DNA of 60,577 nucleotides from a candidate division GN15 bacterium (lineage in GTDB: Bacteria; Zixibacteria; MSB-5A5; GN15; FEB-12). The DNA lies in NCBI GenBank assembly GCA_014727815.1, contig WJMS01000257.1, forward strand, positions 1 to 60,577, read 5' to 3'. Numbering within the stretch: position 1 is the first letter of the stretch; every line of letters begins with the position of its first letter. The translations under genes and the position numbers were made by a program. Shown in pieces: positions 47,925 to 57,858 of this stretch. Below the pieces are notes generated by a model. That model did no database searches. It worked only from the letters and a program-made list of their open reading frames with translations, and had not been told where the DNA came from.

Positions 47925-49865
47925 TTACCGGCTCAGGAAGTCCAGCAGGCTGGGTTGTATGATTTTGGCGCTGGCGAGCAACGCCGACTGATAATTGGCT
48001 TCATGGGTTGACAGTTTCGTCAGCACTTCGGTGATATCCGCGTCTTCAACCTCGGACAGCAGCCGGGTGAAGCTCAGCTCCTGGTCAACCAGGCGGGTGT
48101 CAGTAGTCTCCAGACGAACCGTTCTGGTACCGACCGTGCCCCGAACATCGAGCAATTCCTGGATACTCCGATCGAGCGGCTCAAGCAGGATACCGGCACC
48201 CTCTCGGTCGTTGTTTTCAAGGGCATTGCCGAGCATGATCAGGGTTCCAATCATGTCGGTAGAGCCGTAGATGCCAAGATCCTTGGCGGCGTCGCTGTTG
48301 CCGACATCCTCGATCGTCAGTGATCGGTTCGGGTCGTTATTCTCAATTTGAATACCGGTGCCGTTGGCGTTGATCGACGCCACGATATCGACACTGGCAC
48401 TGTTGAGCCGATCAAGTACATCCTGTATGGTAGTTATGGTCGGATCGTCGAGGTCGAGGACGAAATTGCGTTCGCCCTGCCAGATACTTATCTCGCCGCG
48501 GTTGAAGTCGTTGCCCGTATTCAGGTCGGCCAGCAGGCTGTCGGCGGTGAGCAACGGATCGAGGTCATCGCCGGGCTGGTCGACGTAAAACGTCTTGAGC
48601 AACCCGAGATCCTCGGCAGTACTGCCGCCGTTTTCGGCGACCTCAAAGGAAACGCCGGGATTGAGATCGGCGCCGACCAGCTGCGCGCCGATCGAGCCGG
48701 CAATGCCCAGTTGCTGAGCGATATTGTAGTTGTCCGGCGGGTCTTCGATCTGCAAACCGATTGGCGGCAGGTTGGTATCATCAATCTGCAGACCGGTGCT
48801 GGCAGCGTTCAGACTCATCGAGACGTTGTTCAGTTCCGGGTGGGCCACGGCAGCCGCCGTCAGGGCATCGTTGAACAACGTAATCACATCATCGATCGTC
48901 TCGGCCGAGGAAACATCGATCGGCACATCGATCGCGCCACCGTCAAACAGCCGGAACGTACCCGGTTCGAGAATGACGCCGGCGCCGTCATGCAGCCGAT
49001 CCAGCTTGGTATCGCCGGTGATTTGCCCGCTGGGGGTGGTGTTCCAGAGGATGTTGTTACCCTCAGGCGAGAGCTCGGCCACCACATCGGTAATGCCGGC
49101 GGCGGCCAGATCGGCATTGATCTGCGTGATCGCCTGGTCGATAGTCGTGATCGCCGGGTCGCTCAGGTCGATCGTGGCGGTAACATTCAGGTTGTGATCG
49201 GTGACGGTGAAGCCGGCGGCCTGGTCGATGCCATCACCACGGTGCAGGTCGACCAGCAGCGTGCCGGCGGACACACCCACATTCAAGTCGGCCTCTTCGC
49301 CGATAACTCCGATCTGCTTGAGGAAAACTTCAGTGCCGGGCAGGTTGATGCTCAACCGCTGGCTGTTGTCGACTTCGAATTCGATAGCGCCGTCATTGCC
49401 CTCATAGACCGCACCCGTTCCGGTTATATTGAACGGCGTGGTACGAGTCCGAAAGCCTGCGAATATCGAGCGATCCTCGAGCTTGGTGTTCGCCAGCGTC
49501 GTGATCTGGTCTATCAATGAGCGGACCTGACTGGCCGAGGCTTCGCGGGCGATATCGTCGTACGTGTCGTTCGACATCGCCACCGCCATCTCCTTGGCCT
49601 CGGAGACGAAGTTTTTCACGTCGCTCAGGACCTGATCGTACGTGGCTGTCCAGGTCATCGCCTGGCTGATATTCTTGCGGAACTGCTCGATCTTGGCCAG
49701 TTCGGTGCGGTAGTTGAGATCGCGCAGCGTGCCGGAAGGGTCGTCCGATGGTTTGTTGATGCGCCGTCCTGAAGACATCTGCGTCTCCAGGTCGAAAAAG
49801 CGCTGCAGCGAACGTTGCATGTTGAACACGACCTGGTTCTGGATCATGTTGTTGGTAACACGCAT
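47925..49865 (-). CDS. flgL: Hook-associated protein 3 FlgL (646 aa, internal repeats)
   Basis: MRVTNNM, SSGRRINKPSDDP, IFAG, EDADITE, YQSAL, PSLLDFL. Confidence 0.93.
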   Translation of the reverse strand: MRVTNNMIQNQVVFNMQRSLQRFFDLETQMSSGRRINKPSDDPSGTLRDLNYRTELAKIEQFRKNISQAMTWTATYDQVLSDVKNFVSEAKEMAVAMSNDTYDDIAREASASQVRSLIDQITTLANTKLEDRSIFAGFRTRTTPFNITGTGAVYEGNDGAIEFEVDNSQRLSINLPGTEVFLKQIGVIGEEADLNVGVSAGTLLVDLHRGDGIDQAAGFTVTDHNLNVTATIDLSDPAITTIDQAITQINADLAAAGITDVVAELSPEGNNILWNTTPSGQITGDTKLDRLHDGAGVILEPGTFRLFDGGAIDVPIDVSSAETIDDVITLFNDALTAAAVAHPELNNVSMSLNAASTGLQIDDTNLPPIGLQIEDPPDNYNIAQQLGIAGSIGAQLVGADLNPGVSFEVAENGGSTAEDLGLLKTFYVDQPGDDLDPLLTADSLLADLNTGNDFNRGEISIWQGERNFVLDLDDPTITTIQDVLDRLNSASVDIVASINANGTGIQIENNDPNRSLTIEDVGNSDAAKDLGIYGSTDMIGTLIMLGNALENNDREGAGILLEPLDRSIQELLDVRGTVGTRTVRLETTDTRLVDQELSFTRLLSEVEDADITEVLTKLSTHEANYQSALLASAKIIQPSLLDFLSR

Positions 49866-49876
49866 ACTGGCCCCTT

Positions 49877-50221
49877 TCAGGCAGACTTTCCGTCGTTGAG
49901 CGAATCCGGGTTGCGCTTGTCTTTGCCACCGCCCGGTTTCTTTTTGTTTTTGTAGTCGACCACCGAGGAGTCCTCGGGCTCATCGCCCTTGATCTTGTCT
50001 TTCAAGACATTGACCATGTTAATCAGGTCACCCTTGATCGTCTTGAGCGCCTTGCGGTTCTCTTCCTGGATCTTGACGTAAATCTCCTCGCGATGTACGA
50101 CCACATTGGCCGGCGCCTCGATCCCGAGCCGCACCTGTCGTCCGCGAATGCCCAGAACGGAGACGCGAATCTCGTCGCCGATCGTGATGCATTCGCCCAA
50201 CTTCCGTGTAAGTATCAGCAC
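49877..50221 (-). CDS. csrA: Carbon storage regulator CsrA with C-terminal extension
   Basis: [26 protein letters not shown], Asn55; GTG start with AAGGAGG SD. Confidence 0.95.
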   Translation of the reverse strand: MLILTRKLGECITIGDEIRVSVLGIRGRQVRLGIEAPANVVVHREEIYVKIQEENRKALKTIKGDLINMVNVLKDKIKGDEPEDSSVVDYKNKKKPGGGKDKRNPDSLNDGKSA

Positions 50222-50266
50222 TGAGTGACCCTCCTTGGTGCCGTCCGGCTCACTGCCGGTCTACTG

Positions 50267-51658
50267 CTATCGTCCCACAATTCCCATCGAGGAGATGACC
50301 GTGTCGAGTGCCTGGTCCATGGTGGTGATGACTCGCGCGGCAGCGTCGTACGCGTGCTGGAATTTGATCATGTTGGCCATTTCCTCATCCAGGGACACGC
50401 CCTGGACCGACTGCCGGCTGTTATCAATCTGCTGGGCCAGGAGCTCGAAGTTCTTCGTGAACGAGCCCGCCTCGTGAGTTTCCACGCCCAATGTCCCTAT
50501 CAGGCTGCTGTAAAAGTCGTTTATCGTCTGGGTATCGTTGTTCATGACCGTCTGGTTGCGCAAATCCGACAGCGCCAGGGCGATCTGGTTGTCACCATCG
50601 GGAGTCGTCCCCGCCGCGATCTTGTTCATGTCGGCCTCGATCGCCGGGTTGAGCCGAATCGTCAGGGCATCGGTAAAATTCGGATCGAAAAAGTTGATCC
50701 CGGTGTCACCGTCGAGCCCGTATCCGCTGCTGTGGATGGCGTTGACCTGCTCCACGAGCGTCCGAGCAAGATCATCGAGTTGCCGCTGGTACTCCGGAAT
50801 GACGCGATCGCGCGACTCGATAAGCCCGGACAACTGGCCGTTTTTGTTGGTGAGCTGCACTGACGTGCCTTGCCAGACCAGGCGACTGGTCGGAACACCG
50901 TTTTTGCTCTCGACTTCGGTCCCGATATCAAAACTCTCGCTGCCGTCGACCAGCGCCATCCCGCCCATCTGGACGATCGTGGAACCGTTGTCTTTCTCGA
51001 CGACACGCACGTCGATCAGCTCGGAGAGCTGGTCGGTCAGCAGGTCGCGGGCGTCGCGCAGGTCGTTGGCCCGACGGCCGCCCAGTTCCTGTGACTTGAT
51101 CTGGTCGTTTAACCCGGCGATTTCCCGGGTAAGCTGGTTGACCTGGCTGGTGACGACATTCATGTCGCGATCGACCGAGGCCCGCAGCGCATCGAGTTTC
51201 TGCGCGAGTTGCTTGATACCGTTGATCAACTGGTCGGCTTCGGCCAGGATCAGTTTGCGGTTGTTCGACGAGTCGGAGTTGGTCGCCAACTGCGACCAGG
51301 AATCAAAAAACTTGTTGAGCAGTTCATTGAGCGAGTTCTCCTGCGGCTCGTTGAACAGCGATTCGATCTGCTGCAGGGTTTTGCTCTTGTAGCCCCACTG
51401 CCCTTCCGATTTGCGCGCTTCCCGGAACTGTTCACCGAGAAAGAGATCGCGGATCTGGCGGACATCGGTGGCGGTCACACCGGTGCCGATCTGTCCCATC
51501 GAGGCGTCCTCGGGGAAGGTCGACACGATTGTTACGCGCTGGCGAGAGAATCCCGGTGTGTTGACGTTGGCGATATTGTGACCGATCGTCTGCAGGGAGA
51601 ACTGATGGGTCAACAGGGCGCGCTTGCCCACTTCCAGTGATTGCATCAATCCCGGCAT
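50267..51658 (-). CDS. flgK: Hook-associated protein 1 FlgK
   Basis: GHNIANVNTPGFSRQR, NDLRDARD, GVSLDEEMANMIKFQHAY. Confidence 0.96.
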   Translation of the reverse strand: MPGLMQSLEVGKRALLTHQFSLQTIGHNIANVNTPGFSRQRVTIVSTFPEDASMGQIGTGVTATDVRQIRDLFLGEQFREARKSEGQWGYKSKTLQQIESLFNEPQENSLNELLNKFFDSWSQLATNSDSSNNRKLILAEADQLINGIKQLAQKLDALRASVDRDMNVVTSQVNQLTREIAGLNDQIKSQELGGRRANDLRDARDLLTDQLSELIDVRVVEKDNGSTIVQMGGMALVDGSESFDIGTEVESKNGVPTSRLVWQGTSVQLTNKNGQLSGLIESRDRVIPEYQRQLDDLARTLVEQVNAIHSSGYGLDGDTGINFFDPNFTDALTIRLNPAIEADMNKIAAGTTPDGDNQIALALSDLRNQTVMNNDTQTINDFYSSLIGTLGVETHEAGSFTKNFELLAQQIDNSRQSVQGVSLDEEMANMIKFQHAYDAAARVITTMDQALDTVISSMGIVGR

Positions 51659-52143
51659 CAGGCCCTCCTGTCCACGGCCATGGCAGCCTCGGACTGAGCC
51701 GGACCGCCGGGGCGGCTGTAGGTTTTGTCGGGATGATGGATTTTCGACAGCATGCTCATCATCCGGGCGATTGACTCGCGCGACTGATTCAGCAGCAGCG
51801 CGTTTGAGTTGCGCACCGCGCCGATCTGCTCATTGAGCGTGAGGATCAGCTGCTGCAGCCGGGTCAGCTGGGTCGCCTGCGTGTCATCGACCAGTTCGAG
51901 CAGGCGCGACAGCGTGAGGTCACCCTCGATATCATAGCCGGCCCGGAGCTGTTCGATAGTCTCCTCGCGCTCCCGGTGCAATGCCTGGGTGTCGGCTACG
52001 ACCTGTCGCTGCTCGGCCGTCACCGCATTGAGGCGGGTCAGGTCGTTGGCGACCAGGGCTTGCTGTTGCTGCTCGAGAAGCGTGAGATAGCGATCGAAGG
52101 CGGCAGCTTCCCTGCTGATGATGTTGATCAGACGGTCAATCAT
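51658..52143 (-). CDS. flgN: Flagellar export chaperone FlgN
   Basis: Helical, LTLSRL, NSNALLL, terminal DRRA; directly upstream of flgK. Confidence 0.85.
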   Translation of the reverse strand: MIDRLINIISREAAAFDRYLTLLEQQQQALVANDLTRLNAVTAEQRQVVADTQALHREREETIEQLRAGYDIEGDLTLSRLLELVDDTQATQLTRLQQLILTLNEQIGAVRNSNALLLNQSRESIARMMSMLSKIHHPDKTYSRPGGPAQSEAAMAVDRRA

Positions 52144-52177
52144 ATCCGATATGTCTTCATGTTTTCGTCCACCGTAT

Positions 52178-52205
52178 GTATCGACTGTTTTCGCACCCGC
52201 CTTAA
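52178..52205 (-). promoter_or_regulatory. Putative sigma28 promoter (flgN-flgK-csrA-flgL-fliW)
   Basis: TTAAG-N15-GTCGATAC. Confidence 0.6.
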
Positions 52206-52209
52206 CCCT

Positions 52210-53127
52210 TTAGCGATCATTCGCTTCAGTGAGTGTGCGAGTGGCCTGGAACAGCCGCGTGACTTTTTCGACATAGTTTTCGGTCTCCGCGTACGGCGGC
52301 ACGCCGCCGTGCTTCTCCACCGCCCCGGGGCCGGCGTTGTATGCGGCCAGGGCCAGCCTGAGATCACCGAACCGGTTGAGCAGCGCCGCCAGGTAGCGGG
52401 TGCCGCCCGCGATGTTCTGGGCCGGGTCAAAACTGTCCGTGACACCCAGGTCGGCAGCCGTGCTGTCCATAAGCTGCATCAGCCCCTTGGCCCCGGCATG
52501 CGACACGGCCTGCGGGTCGCCGTTGGATTCGGCCCGGATAACCGACCGGATCAACGCCGAATCGAGCTTATGCTCGGCGGCGGCCCGGTCGATAATCTCG
52601 CCGAATCGACTCGTAATCGGGTCGGAACCGCTTCGAACACGGTTGCGGATCGGCACGTACGAGGAGTTGTCAGGGATGTCGATTGGTCGACGCACCGGCA
52701 TGCCCGGTGAATCGCCGTCGCGGTCGATGGGAATACCATTCTCCTGAAGCGAGTTCGTTCCACCAGGATCACCTGCGCTGTCGGCGGCTTTGTAGCGGGC
52801 ATCGACTACCTTCTCCAGCGACTTGTACAGCATGCCCGAAATCGACCCGGGGCCGCCCCGCGCAACCCGTCGGCCGATCTCCATGTCGAACATCTGGGTA
52901 AACGTGTCCTTGCCCATCGAGCCGGACATCGGCGTATTCTCCGCCAGGACCGACTTGGGGATAGTCTTGCGCATAGTTTTGAGCAGCTCATACATGAAGA
53001 AGGCCTCAAACTCTTTGGTCGCCTTTTGCAGGCGGGCCTTTTCCTCCGATGCGGTCGCGCCCTTCTGACCGCGCAGCCGTTCGAGACCGGAGACCGGTAC
53101 CGGATCTGTCGCTACGACCGGTTTCAT
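52210..53127 (-). CDS. flgJ: FlgJ rod-binding domain fused to an SLT lytic transglycosylase
   Basis: FEAFFMYELLKTMRKT; SLT motifs AES, GLMQLM, AYNAG. Confidence 0.88.
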   Translation of the reverse strand: MKPVVATDPVPVSGLERLRGQKGATASEEKARLQKATKEFEAFFMYELLKTMRKTIPKSVLAENTPMSGSMGKDTFTQMFDMEIGRRVARGGPGSISGMLYKSLEKVVDARYKAADSAGDPGGTNSLQENGIPIDRDGDSPGMPVRRPIDIPDNSSYVPIRNRVRSGSDPITSRFGEIIDRAAAEHKLDSALIRSVIRAESNGDPQAVSHAGAKGLMQLMDSTAADLGVTDSFDPAQNIAGGTRYLAALLNRFGDLRLALAAYNAGPGAVEKHGGVPPYAETENYVEKVTRLFQATRTLTEANDR

Positions 53128-54263
53128 TACATGATCACCAGCTCGGCCTGCAGCGCCCCGGCCTGTTTGAGCGCCTGGAAGATCGCCACGATGTCACGCG
53201 GGGTGGCGCCGATTCGATTGAGCGCACTGGCGACATCGGAGAGGTAGACCGACTCCTCCAGATGCACCACCCGGGCGACATCCTGCTGGACATTTATCGA
53301 CGGTTCCTGGGTGACGACCGTCTCCCCCTGGCTGAACGGCGCCGGCTGGGAGATGATCGGTGAGGATTGGATCGACACGGTAATCGTGCCGTGGGCAATC
53401 GCCACCGGTTCGATCTTGACGAATTGCCCGGCCACGATCGTGCCGGTCTTTTCGTTTATCACGACGCGAGCTGTCTGGTCGGGCACCACCTGCAGGTGGC
53501 CAATATCGGAGATAAACTCCATCCGCAGGGTCGGGTACATCAGCGTATCGGGTACAATCACCCGAACCGTACCGCCATCGACCGGATAAGCCACGTGGCC
53601 GTACTTGATGTTGATTCGTTCCGCAACGCGGTGCGATGTGGTCGGGTCGGGTGTACGAAGCGAGAGATAGAGTTCCTTTTCGCTGCCCGGGGTGGGCATG
53701 ACCGGGTTGACGATCCGTCCACCGTTGGGGACCCGTCCGACCAGCGTATAGTTGTTGAATATCTTGTTGCCTTCATCGACCTGAACGTTGAAGCCGCCGA
53801 TCGAGACCGGTCCCTGGGCGGTGGCCCGGACCTGACCATTGGGGTCCGACAACTGCGTCAGCAGCAAGGTCCCGCCCTGAAGTGAGGATGCATCGCCAAG
53901 CGACGATACGGTTACATCGATATAGCTGCCCTGAGCATAATCACTGGAGATGCGGGCGGTGACCATGACGGCGGCGACGTTCTTGACTTTGACATCGTCA
54001 GGATCAACCGTCAGCCCCATCCGCTCCATCATGTTGACGAGCGACTGGGTGGTGAACTGCGTGCCGTTACCATCGCCGGTACCATCGAGACCGACCACCA
54101 GGCCGTAGCCGAGCAGGTCGACATCCTGGGTGTTCTGGAAGGCCGCGATATCTTTGATGCGCACTCGGGCCCCTTCGGCGCTCGGCGCCAGCAGCATGAT
54201 CAGCCAGACGATAGCCGTCAGGCCAACCGGCAGGAGCAGGCGATTGTAGATCATCATCAGCAT
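53127..54263 (-). CDS. flgI: Flagellar P-ring protein
   Basis: RIKDI, GYGLVVGLDGTGD, KNVAAVMVTA, QALKQAGAL. Confidence 0.97.
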   Translation of the reverse strand: MLMMIYNRLLLPVGLTAIVWLIMLLAPSAEGARVRIKDIAAFQNTQDVDLLGYGLVVGLDGTGDGNGTQFTTQSLVNMMERMGLTVDPDDVKVKNVAAVMVTARISSDYAQGSYIDVTVSSLGDASSLQGGTLLLTQLSDPNGQVRATAQGPVSIGGFNVQVDEGNKIFNNYTLVGRVPNGGRIVNPVMPTPGSEKELYLSLRTPDPTTSHRVAERINIKYGHVAYPVDGGTVRVIVPDTLMYPTLRMEFISDIGHLQVVPDQTARVVINEKTGTIVAGQFVKIEPVAIAHGTITVSIQSSPIISQPAPFSQGETVVTQEPSINVQQDVARVVHLEESVYLSDVASALNRIGATPRDIVAIFQALKQAGALQAELVIM

Positions 54264-54272
54264 AACCGCCTC

Positions 54273-54863
54273 CTAAAACAGCCAGTTGAACAGCCGCGTG
54301 AAGAAGCCCGGACGCGCTGCGGTGTTGGCGTTGCCTTTGCCGGTGTAGTGAATTTCCGCGTCCGCTACCAGATGGGAGTAAATCGTATTGTCCGAGGTGA
54401 TGTCTTTCGGGCGAACGACACCGGTAATCGTGATCGTCTCCCGGTCACCCGAGATACCGAGCACACGCGTCCCTTCAATCACGAGGTTGCCGTTCGGCAT
54501 CACTTCGATTATGGTGCAGGTAATCCTGGCACGGATCGATCCCTGGCGCAGATTTTCACCCTTGCCGTCGAACTTGGCGTCATCGCTGGCATTGAACCCA
54601 AACAGCGGAATGTGTCCGAAAATCGGGCCGGTGCCGGGACCACCCGAGGTACTGACCTCGCTGGATTTTTCCGTCTTGGTTTCGACCTGCGACGATGCCC
54701 GGTTTTGCTCTTCGATCAGGATAGTCACGATATCGCCGACGTTGTGGGCTTTGATATCGGAGAAGAGCGACTGCCCGCGGCCGAAGTCCTGACCCTGCAG
54801 ACGCAGTGACAGCGGCAGCAGCAGCATGATGGCCAGGATCAGTAGGATCTTTCTGATACTCAT
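54273..54863 (-). CDS. flgH: Flagellar L-ring protein
   Basis: SLFSDIKAHNVGDIVTI, PNGNLVIEG, GVVRPKDI, ADAEIHY. Confidence 0.93.
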   Translation of the reverse strand: MSIRKILLILAIMLLLPLSLRLQGQDFGRGQSLFSDIKAHNVGDIVTILIEEQNRASSQVETKTEKSSEVSTSGGPGTGPIFGHIPLFGFNASDDAKFDGKGENLRQGSIRARITCTIIEVMPNGNLVIEGTRVLGISGDRETITITGVVRPKDITSDNTIYSHLVADAEIHYTGKGNANTAARPGFFTRLFNWLF

Positions 54864-54886
54864 ATCTCTACCCTCGAATCCTATTC

Positions 54887-55576
54887 TTAGGGTGTAACGG
54901 TGACCGAGTTGTTATCGGAGATTTCGGCGGTGATGATCTTGCCCGACGAGCTGTTGCGTACGCGGACGATTTCACCGCGGTAGCCGGTTTCGAGCGCTTT
55001 GCCAAGCGCCGTAATCGTGCAGGGTCCGTCCTCAAACACGATCGTGACGTCATTGCCGGCTTCGACATCCGGGATCGCCTCGATATCGCGCATGGTGACG
55101 ATATCGCCGCGACGGATATTGCGCGCCGCTCGAAGACCAAGCGCATTGTTGACGTCCAACAGCGGCTGTTCACGCAGCCGGGTGATGTCGCGTCGTTCGA
55201 CCGTCAGGCGATCGGCCTGCATCAGGTCGAACCGGCCGAAGCGATCCGTCGCGCAGACTACTTCGGCGAAGCGAGTGATGCGAAGCCGGACCTGGGCCTG
55301 TTCGGTGTTGCCGGCGGCATCGGTAATCGTTGTCAGGACACTGAACAGCCCGATCGGGTCCTTGCGGGTGAGGGCCTTGTCCACCACGACCGTCACGTCA
55401 TCCTGGACATGATCCAGCCGACCGGTGAGCACTTCAAACTCGTACCACTCCGGGTCGAGTTCGTACGTATCGATGACCCAGTCGATCACGTCGTCTTTGG
55501 GCGATGCCGCTGCGATCGAGATCGACGACAGGGTCAGGATGAGAATCCAGAAGATGATTTTACGGAGTCGTTCCAT
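54887..55576 (-). CDS. flgA: P-ring formation chaperone FlgA
   Basis: SAF region, GKALETGYRGEIVRVRNSSSGKII. Confidence 0.9.
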   Translation of the reverse strand: MERLRKIIFWILILTLSSISIAAASPKDDVIDWVIDTYELDPEWYEFEVLTGRLDHVQDDVTVVVDKALTRKDPIGLFSVLTTITDAAGNTEQAQVRLRITRFAEVVCATDRFGRFDLMQADRLTVERRDITRLREQPLLDVNNALGLRAARNIRRGDIVTMRDIEAIPDVEAGNDVTIVFEDGPCTITALGKALETGYRGEIVRVRNSSSGKIITAEISDNNSVTVTP

Positions 55577-55582
55577 GACTAC

Positions 55583-56371
55583 TTATCTCTTCAGTTGGTT
55601 GGCGATTTGCGCCATGTCATCGGATGTTTGAATGGCTTTGGAGTTCATTTCGTAGGCGCGCTGGGCGACGATCATGTTGACCATCTCATCGACCACGCTC
55701 ACATTGGAGCCTTCGAGAAAACCCTGGTCAACCGTTCCCAGGCCTTCCAGGCCGGGGTTGTCGGTGATCGGGTCGCCCGAGGCGCTGGTCTGCACCATGA
55801 GGTTGCGGCCCACCGCCGCCAGACCGGCCGGGTTGACAAAGCGGGCCAGTTCGATCTGCCCCACCTGGACGGCATCGGTCTGACCGAACTGTAAAACCTC
55901 GACTGTGCCGTCACTTCCGATCGAAACCGACACGGCGTCCTCGGGAATAGTGATCTCCGGTTCGAGGAAATAGCCATCGGAGGTGACCAGTCGGCCGTCG
56001 GCCGACAGCTTGAAGGACCCATCGCGGGTGTACGCAATCGTGCCGTCAAGCTGGGTCACCTGGAAGAAACCGTCGCCACGGATAGCCATATCGAACGGGT
56101 TGTCGGTCTGCATCAGGTCGCCGGTGGTGAACTGGCGGATGGTGGCCGATGGTTTCGTGCCGTAACCAATCGAAAGCCCGGTGGGCACGCGCGAGCCGAC
56201 AGCCGATGCGGCGCCGGCGCGACGGTAGTTCTGGTAGAGCACATCCTGGAATTCGAGATTGGTCTTCTTGAATCCGGTCGTGCTGACGTTGGCCAGGTTG
56301 TTGGCGATATTGTCGACATTCATCTGCTGCGCGGACATGCCGGTTGCAGCGGTTCGAAGGGCTTTAATCAT
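55583..56371 (-). CDS. flgG: Distal rod protein FlgG
   Basis: IANNLANVSTTGFK, FQDVLYQ, YTRDGSF, LEGSNVSVVDEMV. Confidence 0.97.
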   Translation of the reverse strand: MIKALRTAATGMSAQQMNVDNIANNLANVSTTGFKKTNLEFQDVLYQNYRRAGAASAVGSRVPTGLSIGYGTKPSATIRQFTTGDLMQTDNPFDMAIRGDGFFQVTQLDGTIAYTRDGSFKLSADGRLVTSDGYFLEPEITIPEDAVSVSIGSDGTVEVLQFGQTDAVQVGQIELARFVNPAGLAAVGRNLMVQTSASGDPITDNPGLEGLGTVDQGFLEGSNVSVVDEMVNMIVAQRAYEMNSKAIQTSDDMAQIANQLKR

Positions 56372-56402
56372 CGCGTCACTCCTATGTTCGCGAACTCATG
56401 TG

Positions 56403-57134
56403 CTATTCGTTGCCGGCGACCCGTCGGAAGAGATGATCCAGCGACTGGTCCTGCGACTGCAGTGACCGGGCGTTGGCCTCGTACTCGCGGTAGGTGATGA
56501 TCATGTCGACCATCTCCCCGACCACGTCGACATTGGCCGCCTCGAGATATCCCTGCTGAAGTTCGGCGCGCAGCGGCGGGATCAGCTCCTGTCCCGGCGG
56601 TACGCCGAAGAGGGCGCCGCCGAGTTTCTCGAGCGCCGACTGATCCGGCACATCGACCGGGACAATCCGGTCGGTCGAGAAACCGTCGACGGAGACTTCG
56701 CCGCTCGGATCAATCGTCACCTTCCCCTCGCCCACCTGCACCGGGCCGCCCTCGCCGATCAGCCGGTAGCCGCCGGGGAAAGCCATGAATCCCTGGTTGT
56801 CGACCGTGAAGTTGCCGGATCGGGTCAGGTAGATATTGCCCTGGTCATCCTGGAGCTGGAAGAACCCGTCGCCATCGATGGCGATATTGAGCGGGTTGCC
56901 GGTGTGGTTGAAGGTGCCCGAGGAGTAGTCGGTGTACACCTGGTCGACCATCGGCTTCTCCCACGACGACTTGGTGGGGGTACGTTTCTGCTCGGCTCGA
57001 CTGAGTTCCTTGGTGAACATCATGTCCTTCTTGTAGCCGGGCGAGGCGACGTTCGCGATGTTGTTCGCGATCAGTTCCTGCTTGCGCGCCCGGGGGATCA
57101 TCCCCGACGCGGATGTATGAATACCTTTCAGCAT
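56403..57134 (-). CDS. flgF: Proximal rod protein FlgF
   Basis: IANNIANV, TGNPLNIAI, LTRSGNF, LEAANVD; GGAGG SD. Confidence 0.9.
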   Translation of the reverse strand: MLKGIHTSASGMIPRARKQELIANNIANVASPGYKKDMMFTKELSRAEQKRTPTKSSWEKPMVDQVYTDYSSGTFNHTGNPLNIAIDGDGFFQLQDDQGNIYLTRSGNFTVDNQGFMAFPGGYRLIGEGGPVQVGEGKVTIDPSGEVSVDGFSTDRIVPVDVPDQSALEKLGGALFGVPPGQELIPPLRAELQQGYLEAANVDVVGEMVDMIITYREYEANARSLQSQDQSLDHLFRRVAGNE

Positions 57135-57156
57135 AGAATCCTCCGTCACCGGACAT

Positions 57157-57173
57157 AGCAGGGGCTGTGCCAA
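57157..57173 (-). promoter_or_regulatory. sigma54 promoter of flgF-flgJ
   Basis: TTGGCAC-N5-CTGCT. Confidence 0.65.
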
Positions 57174-57309
57174 GCGTGCGAACGCCAGCGCAAGCAACTA
57201 TACTACAGGTGGTTACAGGAACGGCCGGGACGCGCGAGGAGGGCGGATCGGGGCTGATTCGGGAATCGGTTTCTGAGTCAACGAGAAATTATTTCCGGGC
57301 AACGGCCGG

Positions 57310-57522
57310 CTATTTGGGCAGGTCTTCGTACTTGGCCTTGGTCTTGTTGATGAGCGTGTCCATGGCCTCGTGGAACCGTTCCTCGCTGTATAGTTCCCCG
57401 TTCGACTTCTGGTAGAGGACGCAATCGGTGCGGTAACCGAAACAGCGCAGTTCCTCGGCCAGATAGCAGGCGCGGATGTAGGCGCAGCGGCTGATTTTCT
57501 GTGATTCACGGGTACTGCTCAT
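57310..57522 (-). CDS. Small Cys-containing hypothetical protein (70 aa)
   Basis: GC3-rich codons, 4 Cys, sigma28-like -10 immediately upstream. Confidence 0.6.
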   Translation of the reverse strand: MSSTRESQKISRCAYIRACYLAEELRCFGYRTDCVLYQKSNGELYSEERFHEAMDTLINKTKAKYEDLPK

Positions 57523-57530
57523 GTTCTACT

Positions 57531-57557
57531 CTATCGGCAGGGTGGGCCGTTTCGTGA
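57531..57557 (-). promoter_or_regulatory. Putative sigma28 promoter (leaderless transcript)
   Basis: TCAC-N15-GCCGATAG, 8 nt before the ATG. Confidence 0.45.
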
Positions 57558-57858
57558 GCAGGGATCGCCATGTTTTGTCCTGAAACAGCAGGCAGGGGCG
57601 GAAGCAAAGATAGCCGGTAAGGTAGCGCAGCAGCCTGCACAGTCCCCTGGCCATCAGCCAAAAAGCGGTTGGATTCGAAGACCGGGGGGACTATATTGTA
57701 TAAGATTTACATGCTTTGCCGGCATATGGTTACGCTGATCGCAACGGACGAACGCCGGCAGCCATCAGTGGCTTCAATTGGTCCTCCAGGATTCTTGCAC
57801 GGATTTTGCTGAAACAGACGGGCAAACCATGACTGTACAGAAAGCGATACGAACAGAT

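Noticed and set aside
57795..57810. sigma54-like TTGCAC-N5-TTGCT before the cohesin gene
   Set aside because: Lacks the essential GG at -24; unsupported without TSS data.
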